Of a stretch of 64,000 bases of DNA, positions 35,776-48,112 are shown piece by piece. The stretch lies in contig NC_068997.1 in assembly GCF_001194135.2 (NCBI RefSeq), positions 38,636,586 to 38,700,585 of the forward strand, read 5' to 3'. Made by a program: the position numbers and the translations under genes. This DNA comes from Octopus bimaculoides. Its lineage: Eukaryota. A model generated the notes under the pieces. It did not search any database and had not been told where the DNA came from. It saw nothing but the letters and a program-made list of their open reading frames with translations. How positions within the stretch are numbered: the stretch's first letter is position 1; every line of letters begins with the position of its first letter.

Positions 35776-37334
35776 TCTTAAGATTCAACATAATTGTTTA
35801 GCTACAAGTTGATCAAAAGCAGGAATAGATTTTCGACTGTGCTAAAACTCTACAACTGCCAAAATACAAAATTATTCTACTGGAAGACCATGCTGGTAGT
35901 AAGTCATTTTATATATTCAACAATACTTTTTTGCTACATTTTACTTGCACAGCTGTATCCTCTGTGGCATTGAGAATAAGCATACCAATTTTGTAAGTCT
36001 GGAATCCCGTTAACCATCAACAATCTTCTCAGCCAGTGTAACCACAACTATATGTACTCCTTACATCACAAATGTTGCCAACTTGTCCTTTTCAATGTAT
36101 CTTTATAGATTATTTCAGCTTTATGAGAACTACTTCACAACTGGACATTTGTTGGAAAATCTTCTGATGGTACATATGAACTCATTGCTTGCCAACATTA
36201 TACTTTTGTCACATTTGGCATCCCAGAATTGTCATATAACGGTGGCTCTGATTTCATTTCAACAATGACTTGAAAGTTTTTGTGAAACTGAAACACACAA
36301 ATAGTGAAGCTCTTTATTAGAGACAACACATTAGGGTGTTATTAACATTGATTCATTTCAATGTGCGATCCTATGAGATTTAGTAGGATACAAAACATTC
36401 CCTAACAAGGGAAAGACATATTTTGTGATTATATCTCAATTCCATCAGTAAGTTGTATACTTCATATCATGTGCAAAAGCTTAGTAATAGATGTGTAAAA
36501 TTTTCTGAACTATCAAGTCTCAGTTGCTTGTCATTGCCTTCTTAATATTCAACATAATTGTTTAGCTACAAGTTTCATAATACTGACTCAAGACTCTTGT
36601 TGAGATGGAATATTTGAAGATTGGCTGCTACAAGTAGTTATCTTACAGATATTAATAAAATATCTGGTACAGTGTCAAAAAACTTTTCAAGATCATAAAA
36701 GATCAGCAACCATACAATTTGTCCAACTAAATTAAACAAGAGCACTACAGTCTCTTTGCTGTCTCTTAATTACAGAATCAGGCCACATTAGTCTCACTTT
36801 CTGGCATTCTATTTGTTCCTTTTCTTGGAATTCTCATGATCTTTCAACATCTTAACAATAAAACGATGGATCCTTTTATAATTGTTAAAACTACTTGAAC
36901 TCTGAAATTTTCTCTCGAGTCATTTTCCAGAATTCAGAGCCAACTATTTAGCAACAATTGAGTTATGGTAAATGTACCATACCTCAAATTCCATCAAATA
37001 TATAAAGAATAAAGCTGCTAATGAGAAATAAATCTTTGCTTTAGTAATACTGACAGGTAACACTAATCAGAAGTTAAACTGTCATCAGGAAACTCGTGGA
37101 AATACAACCAAGTGATTTGAACTCAAAAGGCCAAAGTTATGTATCAAAGGCATTTTATTTGATGCTCAAACAGTTTTACTAATCCAGTCCTTTTCTTTCT
37201 TTAAGTGACAGAATCTGTCATGTGTCAGAATTGGTTTAACATCTGGTTGTAGGTAAGTTTATAATTTCCACTGTTAAAGAAGAAAGTAATAGCTGGCAAC
37301 TTACTATTCCATTGAACTTGTATATTGATATAAA

Positions 37335-37690
37335 CTGTTTACTTCTCAACCATAACTGGGTTCAGTCCCACTATGTGGCACTTGGGAAAGTGTCTTCTGC
37401 TATAACCCTGGGTTGACCAAAGCCTTGCGAGTGGATTTGCTAGACAAAAATTGAAAGAAGCCCATCATATATATCAGTCTCTGTGTGTCTATGTATTTTT
37501 CCTTCACCACCACTTGACAACCAGTGTTGGTCTGTTTACATCCCTATAATCTATTGGTTCAGCAGAAGAGACTGATAAAATAAGTATCAGGTTTAAGAAA
37601 TAAGTAGTGGGCTCAATTTGTTTGACTAAACTTTTCTAGGCAGTGTCCTAGCATGGCCACAGTCCAATGACCAAAACAAACAAAAGATAT
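37335..37690 (+). mobile_element. SINE family B, near full-length
   Basis: 'gggttcagtcccactatgtggcacttgggaaagtgtc...gaaagaagccc...ataagtatcagg...catggccacagtccaatga'. Confidence 0.8.
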
Positions 37691-37874
37691 CAACAGCCTT
37701 TGAAAGATTTAAAAAAAATTAGGTATGAACAATTTTTTTTAAATGCTGAGTTTGGGAACAAATTTAAAACAACTATTAAGCTACCATATATGCTATGACA
37801 GGAAAAAATATGTATCTGCTATTACTAATCAAAATATTTAGTGTTTTGTTATTTCAATATTTGCAATGGTTCTG

Positions 37875-38044
37875 AGGTGACAAGCTGGCAGAATCATTAG
37901 CACAGTGGGCAAAATGCTTTGTGGTATTTCGTCTGAGTTTGCCTTTCAGGGTTGATAAAATAAGTACCAGTTGAGCATTGGAGTCAATGTAATCAACGTA
38001 CCCCATCCCCTGAAATTGCTGGCCTTGTGCCAGAATTTGAAATC
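37875..38044 (+). mobile_element. SINE family A with an internal deletion
   Basis: Head and tail present; the B-box segment is missing. Confidence 0.75.
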
Positions 38045-38769
38045 AATATCTCTATTGGTTCTAAAGAAAATGGCCTCTAGTTGCACTAACTTGTCCAGTT
38101 TATTAAAAATACATTTTTCACAAGTAATTAGCAGATTAACAAGCTTTTTGTAAAATGTTCAGTTTTTCTCTTTACCTAACTAGTTTTTTTTTTGGATGAG
38201 AAACATTTTTACAGAAAAAATAGTACTTTTTGGTATTAACATTTCTCCCAATTATTCCTGGTAGAGGTTTTAGGCACCAACTCCATAGGGACTATGAATA
38301 TATTCTATTATCTCATTCTTAGTCTACCTTTAGGCCTCCAGCTGTTTGGCTTGACTTGAAGAATCTTTCTTGTGGTTCTTACCTATGACATTCCAATCAG
38401 GTCCATAGTACCAGTGTTGTGTCCTCTTCATGTAGAGAAGTAGTGACTTCTGGAGAGACTCCCTGATTTTCCAAATTACACACCCAACTAAGTAATGTTT
38501 CTACAGAGACCCTGAAGGGAACCCCATTTCAGTCACTTGTTTCATGATTGTACACTTTTAGTCATTACTAAAGAGGAGGATGGGCGCAAAAACCAAATAG
38601 GATTCATATAAAATGGAACTTGTAATTTTGGTGTTTGAATGGGCAAACTTCGTCTGGTCTTCAACTAATTGCAGTTGCTCATCTATAATGTGTTCAAATA
38701 GTTGTTGCTTCATTGAATTACTATAGTAGAGTTGCTATGGAAACATCATCTTTCTACATGTATTTAGAC

Positions 38770-39065
38770 CAGTGGTTCTCGACCATTTTTTTTACCTATG
38801 GATCTCTTTGTTTACTATTTTATTCTGATATGTTTCAAAATTAATTTTGTAGTTCTTTCAAAATTTGTATTTTGTTTATCACACATTCACTTGTGCAGGT
38901 TGAACTATGTAAAATGTCAGAGAAAGAAACCAAGCTGTTCCTTGCGATAAATGCATCTAAAGCAACATTTTTTCATGGGCCCATAACATTCCTGCTGTGG
39001 ACCCAATTTATTTTGCTTGTGTGGACCCCCCCCCCCCCAAATCTTATATGGACCCCAGTCCATAT
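38770..39065 (-). mobile_element. hAT-like MITE
   Basis: CAGTGGTTCTCGACC terminus; internal sequence is reverse-complementary to 33471-33690. Confidence 0.55.
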
Positions 39066-41379
39066 TTGTAGACTCGGACAGTCTACAAATTGAAATCCTT
39101 CACAAAATGGATTAAATATATTTGAATATAAACCTACTGAGAAAAAGTGATTAGTGTTAATGAAAATTTGTTGTTAGAAGGGACAAGAAAGAGAATTCAG
39201 AAATATTTCAATAAATCAGAATTAATTTTAATGGCAATGTGCAAACCACAAGGTGGGAGAGAGTGATCTTTGATTGGCTAACCTCAGTAAAACAGCTTAA
39301 CCACAGCTACCAAGATCTTAGAATGATTAATAGAAGTAGATATTTGTATGAAGAACATTTACCAATTAGAAAAGCTGAAATAATGAAAATTACCAAAAAT
39401 AATTACAAACATGACAAAAAAAGTCATCAGAGATCTGTTTTAAATTAAGAATAAATAATTTACTAAATGGCAATTAAAAATATTTTTTTTTATTATTTAT
39501 TTTATCAAGCTTTTTTCTCTTTTTGCAAAAGCTTCTGAGGTAGGTTTATGTTATATAAGCAGATATTTTTTGAGAAATTCCACACAACTGTAGTTTTACA
39601 GTAATTTCTTTTAAAGAAATTAATAATAAAACATTTATGAACCTTTAAAAATTGAAATTTTTGGTATTTCTAAGCAACCAGAAGCTTTTGTTAGTGACAC
39701 TGTGTTGGTAGTATGTTTTTTTAATGTTTCAAGACACACAGCTTATTTTAAATGTGGTGGGTGAAACAAAATTTGGATGGATATGTCAAATATGTACCTT
39801 ATCCCTTTTCCCTTTATTAAAAAAAGGAAAAAAAAAAAACTCTTTGGGGTTCTGATTTTACCCCCAAAACAGCTTTTCACAATTTCACATTACCACCTCC
39901 AATTTTTTGGTTTTAATTTATTTTTGAAATGTCTTTGAAAAAATATAGATTACAACTAAACCCTAGTCCCAAACCCTAATTGTAAACCTTAACTCTTCCA
40001 ACTAACCAATGTTTTCTTTTACAAGATGTAAGAGTTGAGAGGGTTTGAAGGAGACTTGACTGTTATTTCTACTACATCAAGGTCCTTGCAGTGGAAATTC
40101 ATATTTAGCATTTGCGATTTCTGTTTGGACTAAGTATAATTACCAAAAATTTTAATCAAAAGTTTCTAACATTTTTATTCATTTCTCCAAAAATTACGTG
40201 TGATTTTCTTAATTTGCACACAAAACTACATTCTTGAATTTTNNNNNNNNNNAAAAAAAAAAAAAAAAAAAATTGGGGCTATGTAACACAAATTGAAAGA
40301 CCCAGAGAGGGTGCATCCTGTAGTGTGGGAATCCTGGTTTAAGCACCTCATAACTCTTCAATTTTTGGGAATTTTCAGAAAGTTTTTGCAAATTCATTTT
40401 CTACACATGGGAATTTACACGGTTATGGAAAAAAAATAATTCACTTTTTAAAGCCCCTTCCCCCGACAAATCCTAAAATTTCCACTCTTTTACGAACTTT
40501 TTTTTTTTTAAATCAGAGTTTAAAATACAGACTCTGAATTTTTTGCATAAATCCCAGCATCATCATTCCATTAAATGTGTTTATGGGAAGGAAGACGTTG
40601 AAAAACATCAATACATGTTAAAGTGACAAAGAATCGAAAACGGTATCAGGTGGTCGTGGGATGTGCTAAAAAAACCACAGCGAAATCGCCCTTAATCACA
40701 AACACAGATTTTTCTTTTGCATAATCATATGAATTCCCGTGTATAGAACTCAAATTCGCAAGAACTGTTCTGAAAATTCCTAGTTATAAGAGGAACCGGT
40801 CTGATTCTTGTGCGTCTTTTTAAATGCGTTTCAACCGCGACCTTCTCGCATTCCAAATGTGACCACCTCATATTTTCTATTATAACCCAAAATGTCTCCA
40901 CGGTTTTGAAGGCACATTGAGTAATTTCGTCTCTGGTATGCTGCCTGAAGATGATTGCAAGCGTGGGTCTGCAGGGGCTAGTTAAACAACAATAGCAATA
41001 AAGAGCGATTTGCGTATACGCCTGCATGTACAGCTGTCTTACAGCATGCTAGAAATAGCAGCTATGACCATAAGTTTATTGGCTCATAACTGAACAACAT
41101 CAACCATATTATCTCTCAACCAACAAGGAATCCTCTAGGCAGTCACTTGACCTATTAGAAATAGCAGCTAGATCATTATGGAAACCTCTTCATTATTACA
41201 AAAATAATAATCGACATCCCATTTCTTTTTAATTTTTCAGTTAATCATCATGGCGAGATTGCCATCATTTTTATGTCTTAATGTTTTTTTCTCCGTGGGT
41301 TAATTTAACTACGAAATTTTTATATTGTCGCAGAATGTAGCTGCTATTTCTAGCTTGTTGGGCGAGTGCAGTGCTTAGA

Positions 41380-41620
41380 CCTACATTTTTTCTTTATAGT
41401 TCAAACAACGTGATCTGGATTGCATTGTGTTATGCGGCATGAGCTTAAAAATGACGTGGTGGCTTACGTTTGGATGGACACGGTTGGAATGCTTTTAAAA
41501 AAGATATGATGAAGTTTGAAACACTTTTCAGACAATGATCTCAGTCAAAACGCCTTTCGAAAGAAACATGTTTTCGCGCGTCCGGTTACACGTGTACGCA
41601 GACGCACGAATCCATGCATG
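41380..41620 (+). promoter_or_regulatory. CpG-rich segment, candidate PSMD3 promoter / TSS region
   Basis: Dense CpGs (tcgcgcgtccgg...cacgtg...gcatgcgca) in otherwise CpG-poor DNA, about 600 bp upstream of the ATG; E-box, CRE-like and NRF1-half motifs. Inference only. Confidence 0.35.
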
Positions 41621-42198
41621 CGCAAGGTTATTTTAGATTTGAAAATTACCTTTTTCGGTACTTAGGATATAGGAAACCCTTACTTCAAAATTATCTCTAT
41701 GCTTTAATCTGGGTTTCTCAAGGGAAATTTAAATTGCAATAATAAAATACATGGGTTTGGTTTAAAGAAGTAAATAACGTTCAGCAACTATGTCGTAACT
41801 ATGTCGTGTAATTAACTGCAGAGCTTAAAAATATAATGTTTATATTCGACAAAATGGTACTTAGTAAAAATAAGTTAATGAATTAGTTGAAGAAAAATGT
41901 AGAATAAATTTTGTGTCTAATATTAAATAAAGTACTTTCTTTTAAAGTAATAATTATAATAATAGCCAATCACATTCATCAGCTACTGTTTTACTCTTTG
42001 ATATAACCACCATTTCAATAATTGTGCTTGTCATGCCGGTTAAGTTGTAAATTCCTGTTAATTACATACAAATATCTATTTATATACATATACCTTACCT
42101 TTCTTGCTTGTTTCTGATATAAGCTGAAACAATTATTGAAACTCTGTTTTTGAATTGATTGGATTTACGAGTCAGTTAGATTTTACTAAAAGGAAAAT

Positions 42199-42325
42199 AT
42201 GGTGAAGAAAGTGGTGAATGATGTTGAGATGAAAGATGTGGCCAGCCCGAGTAGCACCACTGGTGCTGTGAATGGGGTGGAGAAAGAAGAAGTGAAAAAA
42301 GACCCTGACTTACTCACATTGGAAG
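42199..42325 (+). CDS. PSMD3: 26S proteasome non-ATPase regulatory subunit 3 (Rpn3), coding exon 1
   Basis: MVKKVVNDVEMKD...KKDPDLLTLE, donor G|GTGCG, phase 1; joins in frame to DIKEQV. Confidence 0.85.
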
Positions 42326-45112
42326 GTGCGTGCTGTTATTGTTCATACTCTTTATTTATAGAATTATTTTTGAAATATTTTCTTACACAATCGATCTGTG
42401 ATAACATCTTTTAATAATATAATCAAGGAATCATCAACTTTTTTTCTTCCCATTCTGATTATTTGTGACTGGCAAGAGTTCCGAAACTGAATGTAGCATG
42501 GAACCAAGTTTGTGTTATCTAATGCTGTATCAACCAGCAGTTTGTCTTTCTCTTAAGATAATTGTCCATGGTTCTTCTGTTTGAAGGAAGAAGCCCATAA
42601 CTTTTAGAATTCTTCAACAGGATGTTGTTGATTTATTATTCTGTGGAGAGATGAAATACCAGACCTGTTTTTCTAGTATAGAGTAAGTTATTTATTATAG
42701 TGAATTCTTCATAACGATGTAATCATCGTAAAGTAAGAGTATTTACCAAATTCTGCACAAGAATTACCTGTACTACTTATACCTTTTCTATGGGTTTGTT
42801 GAATTATTTACAAACTCTAGAGATTTAATCTCACGAGATGTATTGGTCTTCGGTCGTTGAAGACCATAAGTCTGTATTTCTAAATGAGAAAGCAACTTTG
42901 AAACTAACTACTCTGTGTTGCCTTTATTTAGTGTATAAAATTTATTTTGTTTACATTAGATATTTAGGACAACGGATTAAGAAGCTCGGATATGATTGAT
43001 TATGAGGTGAAGATAGTTGAGTGAGATTAATTGTGTCTGTCTCAAGTTTAAAGTGGTAACAAAGGATGCTATCTAGATTCAGTAATAAACATTACATGTT
43101 TATTATTGAATCTTGAAGGATAAAATATTTCTCTGCTAGGTCATGGTTGTACAAATGTTTCGTTATGATTCTCGCATGAGCACAGAATTCAGAACTTCAT
43201 TTTGCCTGTTACATCAAAACACTGGCATCTTCTCCGGAGATGGGATATGTCTCCTCTAAATTAATGCTGCTGAAACCAGACTTTTGCACTCTCTGCACAA
43301 ATACTTATCATTTATGAAAGGGTTTTGACTAACTGGGAAGACTAACCATTAAAGGGATCTTTGAGTTGAGGTGTGGTTGGCAATGAAATTTCAGAGAGAC
43401 ATAAGGTTAGCTTTACCATTTTTTTAATAGACGGTGTTTTGAAAGTTACAATTACCAAAACTGTAAGCAATATTGGGATTGTCCTGTAAAAACTGCCGTC
43501 AATGTGCAACGTTTATGAGTGTTTCTCAGATGATTAGATTGAATACGTACAGAGATTTTGAAACTATATGAGATTCAGTTTTGTTTTCTGAAATATGTCT
43601 GTTTTATTGCCGTTGACTAAGATCAAGTTATCAAGAGAATCTCAAGAAGCTTTTAGTTTATGTTTTAAAACAAGTTTCGAATATATGGAAGATGCCTTTA
43701 TGTAAAATGAAGGAGGAGTATGACTGGGGATGAGATGCAGGTTTTTGAGAATGAAACGCAAAAAGCAATTGATCCCTGAAATTTTCCCATGTAATAGGAT
43801 GGATGTTGAATGCAACACGTTACACTAGATCATATGGCAGTCCAGGTAGTTACAGGTAGATGTAACTGGTAATTTTGCCAGAAGATTCCCATGTGCTAAA
43901 TATGGTTATCAGGCATAAAAATCACTAGTGGCCAGTGAAGAATTTGACTCCAGACAATATGAGTTTCGTGTTAGGAATGACAGGTTATATAACAGTGCAA
44001 AACCAGTACTTGGTAAGTTTGGTTGGGTTGATTTTCTTGGAAACATTTCTTTTAGTCTTATGCACTGGTAAGGCTCACTTTTAAAGATAATGTGAAAGAG
44101 ACAGGGAAAAGAGATGTTATGAAGAGGAATGACATATTTGAAATCTTGTTGGGAAGGGGTTGGAATGTAATTATAGATGGACAGAAGCTAAAAGTCCATT
44201 GCATCACAAAACCATCTTTTGTTTTTGAGGTGTTTTCTTTACAATAGTTACAATGCCTTTTGTTTGGTATTTGTAGATTTTTCCTACAACTCATGAAAGA
44301 AATTCCTGTTGTATACTGTGATTAGTAACATTGCCTTTTAGTAAACTGCTATGTAGCTGTGTCTAACAGTAAAGGTACACGACAAAAAATAAATAACCAG
44401 TTACCATTTTACTCAAAGGCCCCATTTTGAAATAATTGAGCCTTAGCTAATATGAGTGTCACCATCTTCATCTTAACTGTGAAAAAAGAAAGCAATTCTA
44501 ATTTTTTACCATCTTCATTATTGGAACCAAAGAGACAGAACTTTTTAATTGTTTAATACAAAGCCAGTATAACATTAGCGAGCAACACAACTGAACAAAA
44601 TTTATTTCATTCTAAGTATTACTTTTATAAGTAGAAGGATGTCATGAAGGTGGAAGGCTAAGGGCATCTAACAGTAGAGACCAAGCCAAAACAGACTATG
44701 GAATCTGGTGAGGTCCCTGGCCTTGTCAGTTCCTGTCATGCCTCAGCCTGGAAAATGGATGTTGAATGTTGATGATGATTATAATTTTTTGAACTGTTAA
44801 CTTCATCTATAGAGTTTATATTTGCAGTCTTTATTACTACACAGTTTTGATCTGTTTAATCTCTAATAATCATTCTTGGATACAGACATAATTCCAGAAT
44901 AGATCTGAACTGGAAACTTTTATTTATAAATTAAGTGTAGTGATATCCTTGTACATCAAGCCACTGACACGTAGACATGTAAACATTTAGGAGGAGATGC
45001 AGACTTTGCAAACTGCAGTGAAAGAAACCCATATTTAAGATTAGCAACACTGAATAAAAACTGCATTGAGTAGTTGATTCTCTAAGTCACAGTGAAGCCC
45101 CAACTATGAGAA

Positions 45113-45870
45113 TCATCATCATCATTTAATGTCCGTTGTCCATGCTGGCATCAGTGGGACAGTTTGACCAGGGCTGGTAAGCTGAGGGGCTGCACCAGAC
45201 TCCAGTCTGATTTGTCATGGTCTCTATGGATGGATGCCCTTCCTTATGCCGACCACTCTGAGAATGTAATGGGTGCTTTTATGTGCCAGTTGTGTGACAC
45301 CAGTATCTGCCATGACTGCAATTTCACTTAGCTTGATGATGGGTCTTCTGCTGAAGCACAGCATATTACCAAAGGTCTCAGTCATTACCTCTGTGACGCC
45401 CGATACTCAAAAGGTGCTTTTTATGTGTCAGTGGCACAAGTGCAACACTGACATTGGCCACATTGCCTCTGTGAGGCCCAACATTCGAAAGGTGCTTTTT
45501 ACATGACACGATTACGATTTCACTTGGTTTGACAGGTCTTCTCAAGTATGGCATTTTGCCAAAGGTCTCAGTCACTAGTCATTGCTTCCGTGAGGCCCAG
45601 CATTTGAAGATCATGCTTCACCACTTCATCCCATTCTTCCTGGGTCTAACTCTTCCACAGATTCCCTCCACAGTTAGAGATCAGCATTTCTTTACACAGC
45701 TGTCTTCGTCCATACGCATTACGTGACCATACTAGCACACTTGTCTCTCTTGCACACCATATCTGATGCTTATGCCCAACTTTTCTCTCAAAATGCTTAC
45801 ACTCTGTTGTACTTGCACACTAACATTACACATTGCGAAGCATACTAGTTTCATTTCTTTCAAGCCTATG
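45113..45870 (-). mobile_element. RTE-type LINE 3' fragment with a duplicated stop/3' UTR segment
   Basis: Minus strand encodes RT C-terminal residues (EDSCVKKC...TVEG...RKKW); the stop region occurs twice (45310-45375 and 45505-45570). Confidence 0.8.
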
Positions 45871-46050
45871 CATGTCCTTGGTGGTCACAGCCCATGTCAG
45901 TACATCTATGAACTAGGGGCTGGAGTATGTCTGAGAGTGGTTTTGTCACTATGATCAGTTACTAGATCACCCATTACTCAGGCATGCATGCTTGTCAGAA
46001 AAATTTTACCCTGTCTAGGAAATGCATTGGAGTATTGTTGCTTAGTAGTG

Positions 46051-46436
46051 GAGGCGCAATGGCCCAGTGGTTAAGGCAGTGGACTCGCGGTCATAGGATC
46101 GCGGTTTCGGTTCCCAGACCGGGCGTTGTGAATGTTTATTGAGCGAAAATGCCTAAAGCTCCACGAGGCTCCGGCAGGGGATGGTGTCAAACCCTGCTGT
46201 ACTCTTTCACCACAACTTTCTCTCACTCTTACTTCCTGTTTCTGTTGTGCCTGTAATTCAAAGGGTCAGCCTTGTCACACTCTGTGTCACGCTGAATATC
46301 CCCGAGAACTACGTTAAGGGTACACGTGTCTGTGGAGTGCTCAGCCACTTGCACGTTAATTTCACGAGCAGGCTGTTCCGTTGATTGGATCAACTGGAAC
46401 CCTCGTCGTCGTAAGCGACAGAGTGCCAACAACAAG
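46051..46436 (+). mobile_element. tRNA-derived SINE family D, full-length
   Basis: A-box TGGCCCAGTGG, B-box GGTTTCGGTTCCC, (AAC)n tail; 17-bp TSD attgttgctta(g/a)tagtg at 46034-46050 and 46437-46453. Confidence 0.88.
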
Positions 46437-46762
46437 ATTGTTGCTTAATAGTGATACATGGATGCTGAGTATGGAATGAAAAAAAATCAACCAACCTGTT
46501 GGGTTGGATGTGTGATGTTAGCATGCATTTGATATTGAGTACAAATGTTAGGGGAAAAACTGGGTATCAGAGATGTGTAGTACAGGAAAGAAGATGCAAT
46601 GATATGATTTGTATGTATATTAGTGACAGAGGCACTACAAAAACTGAGAGGTAATAATTATCCTCACTTAAATGTGGATGTTCTGTTAGAACAAACTTTA
46701 CTGTGGTAGTTACCATGAGAGAAACTCTCATATTGGCTTTTGGTGCAAAATGCACACTTGTT

Positions 46763-46892
46763 TATATTGTTAGTGGGGAGATGAATCCCTATCACCTCCA
46801 GCACTGAGACCACCAAACTTTCCTTGGTCTTATCAATGATGGATGCTTGATTGCTAGAGATAACAGTGATTCATCTCCCCACCAGCAATATA
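46763..46892. repeat. About 130-bp MITE-like inverted repeat
   Basis: tatattgttagtggggagatgaatc... versus ...gattcatctccccaccagcaatata. Confidence 0.7.
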
Positions 46893-46944
46893 TAGAGAAA
46901 CAGTGCCAGAACAGGTGCTGGTGTTGCAATTGGTCAGTTAGCTT

Positions 46945-47186
46945 GTTGATTTTGATTTCTGGTGGTGCACTGTGTCCTTGAGCAAGATATTTTATTTCAC
47001 TTCGCTTCAGTCCACTCAGCTGGCAAAAGTGAGTAGCATCTGTATTTCAAAGGTCCATCCTTGTCACATTTTCTGTCATGCTGAATCTCCTTGAGAACTA
47101 CATTAAGAATATGTGTATCTGTGGAGTGCTCAACCATTAATATCACTGTTCTGTTGATTGGATCAACTGCAACACTTGTTGTAACA
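46945..47186 (+). mobile_element. Chimeric SINE fragment (family C-like CORE plus family D-like 3' half)
   Basis: 'gtccttgagcaagatattttatttcac' followed by 'ccttgtcaca...gagaactac...ctgtggagtgctca...gttgattggatcaact'. Confidence 0.65.
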
Positions 47187-47292
47187 AGTATAAATATATT
47201 ATTAAAATTCATTTATTGCTAATTCTTTCCTTTTGATGTTCCTAGTTTTTCAGTTTTGCTCCAGAAATATAAATTCTTATTCATTATTTCAG

Positions 47293-47480
47293 ATATTAAA
47301 GAACAAGTGAAACACATTGAAAAGGCTGTTGTTACAAAAGAACCACGTTTTATGTATCGTGTGATACGAGCTCTGGTGTCAATCCGTAGGAGAATTAATC
47401 ATGCAGTTTTGAGACGTTTACTAATGGCATATCTTGGCAACCAACCTGCTGCACAAACTTTATGTTCCTTTCTTGAAGAG
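47293..47480 (+). CDS. PSMD3: PSMD3 coding exon 2 (DIKEQVKHIEKAVVTKEPRF...SFLEE)
   Basis: tttcag| ... |GTTAGT; 188 nt, phase 1 to 0; strong match to Rpn3 [20 protein letters not shown]...FLEE. Confidence 0.95.
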
Positions 47481-47721
47481 GTTAGTTTATACATATAATA
47501 CAAATATATGTTTTCGCTTTTATTTTTTTCCCCAGAAAAATGAAGTTTATAAATGTTTTACTCTCATCATCATCATCATCATCATCGTTTAACGTCCGCT
47601 TTCCATGCTAGCATGGGTTGGAATATTTTGTATTTATTTTTCAGTTCTAGCATGATCTGTCCAAATTCAGATTGTTTCATCTTCTAATAATGCAACACTA
47701 ACCACAAATATGGGAATCTTT

Positions 47722-47938
47722 TATCTTCTATCTTTTACTTGTTTCAATTATTAGACTGTGATCATGTTGGAGCACTGCCTTGAAGAATTTTTAGTTGAAT
47801 GAATCGACCCTAGTACTCATTTGTTTTCTAAACCTGGTGCTTATTTTATCAGTCCGTTTGCCAAACCACTAAGTTACAGGGATGTATACACACCATTGGT
47901 TATGAAGCAGAGGTGGGGGACAAACACAGAAACAAGAT

Positions 47939-47971
<33 letters not shown>

Positions 47972-48112
47972 CGACGGGCTTCTTTCAGTTTCTGTTTACC
48001 AAATCCACTCGTAAGGCTTTGGTTGGCCTGAAGACACTCACCCAAGGTGCCACGCCGTGGGACTGAACCTGGAACCATGTGGTTGGGAAGCAAGCTTCTT
48101 AGCACACAGCTA
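47722..48112 (-). mobile_element. SINE family B, near full-length
   Basis: Reverse complement of the family with a central (CA)n. Confidence 0.85.

Noticed and set aside
37200-37260. Strong donor TAG|GTAAGT as a possible extra exon between the genes
   Set aside because: No convincing coding frame or partner exons.
39955-39995. Degenerate telomere-like (AACCCT)n here and (TTAGGG)-like at 53803-53870
   Set aside because: Only 3-4 imperfect units; more likely part of a dispersed repeat than an interstitial telomere.
40725-41027. 100-aa minus-strand ORF as a divergent gene
   Set aside because: No recognisable domain or splice structure; retained only as part of the CpG-rich region finding.
42326-42414. 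Extension of the PSMD3 exon 1 ORF (GACCYCSY...)
   Set aside because: Read-through into intron 1 past the GTGCG donor.
46051-46125. tRNA gene
   Set aside because: The A/B boxes belong to a TSD-flanked SINE head; no proper acceptor stem or cloverleaf.
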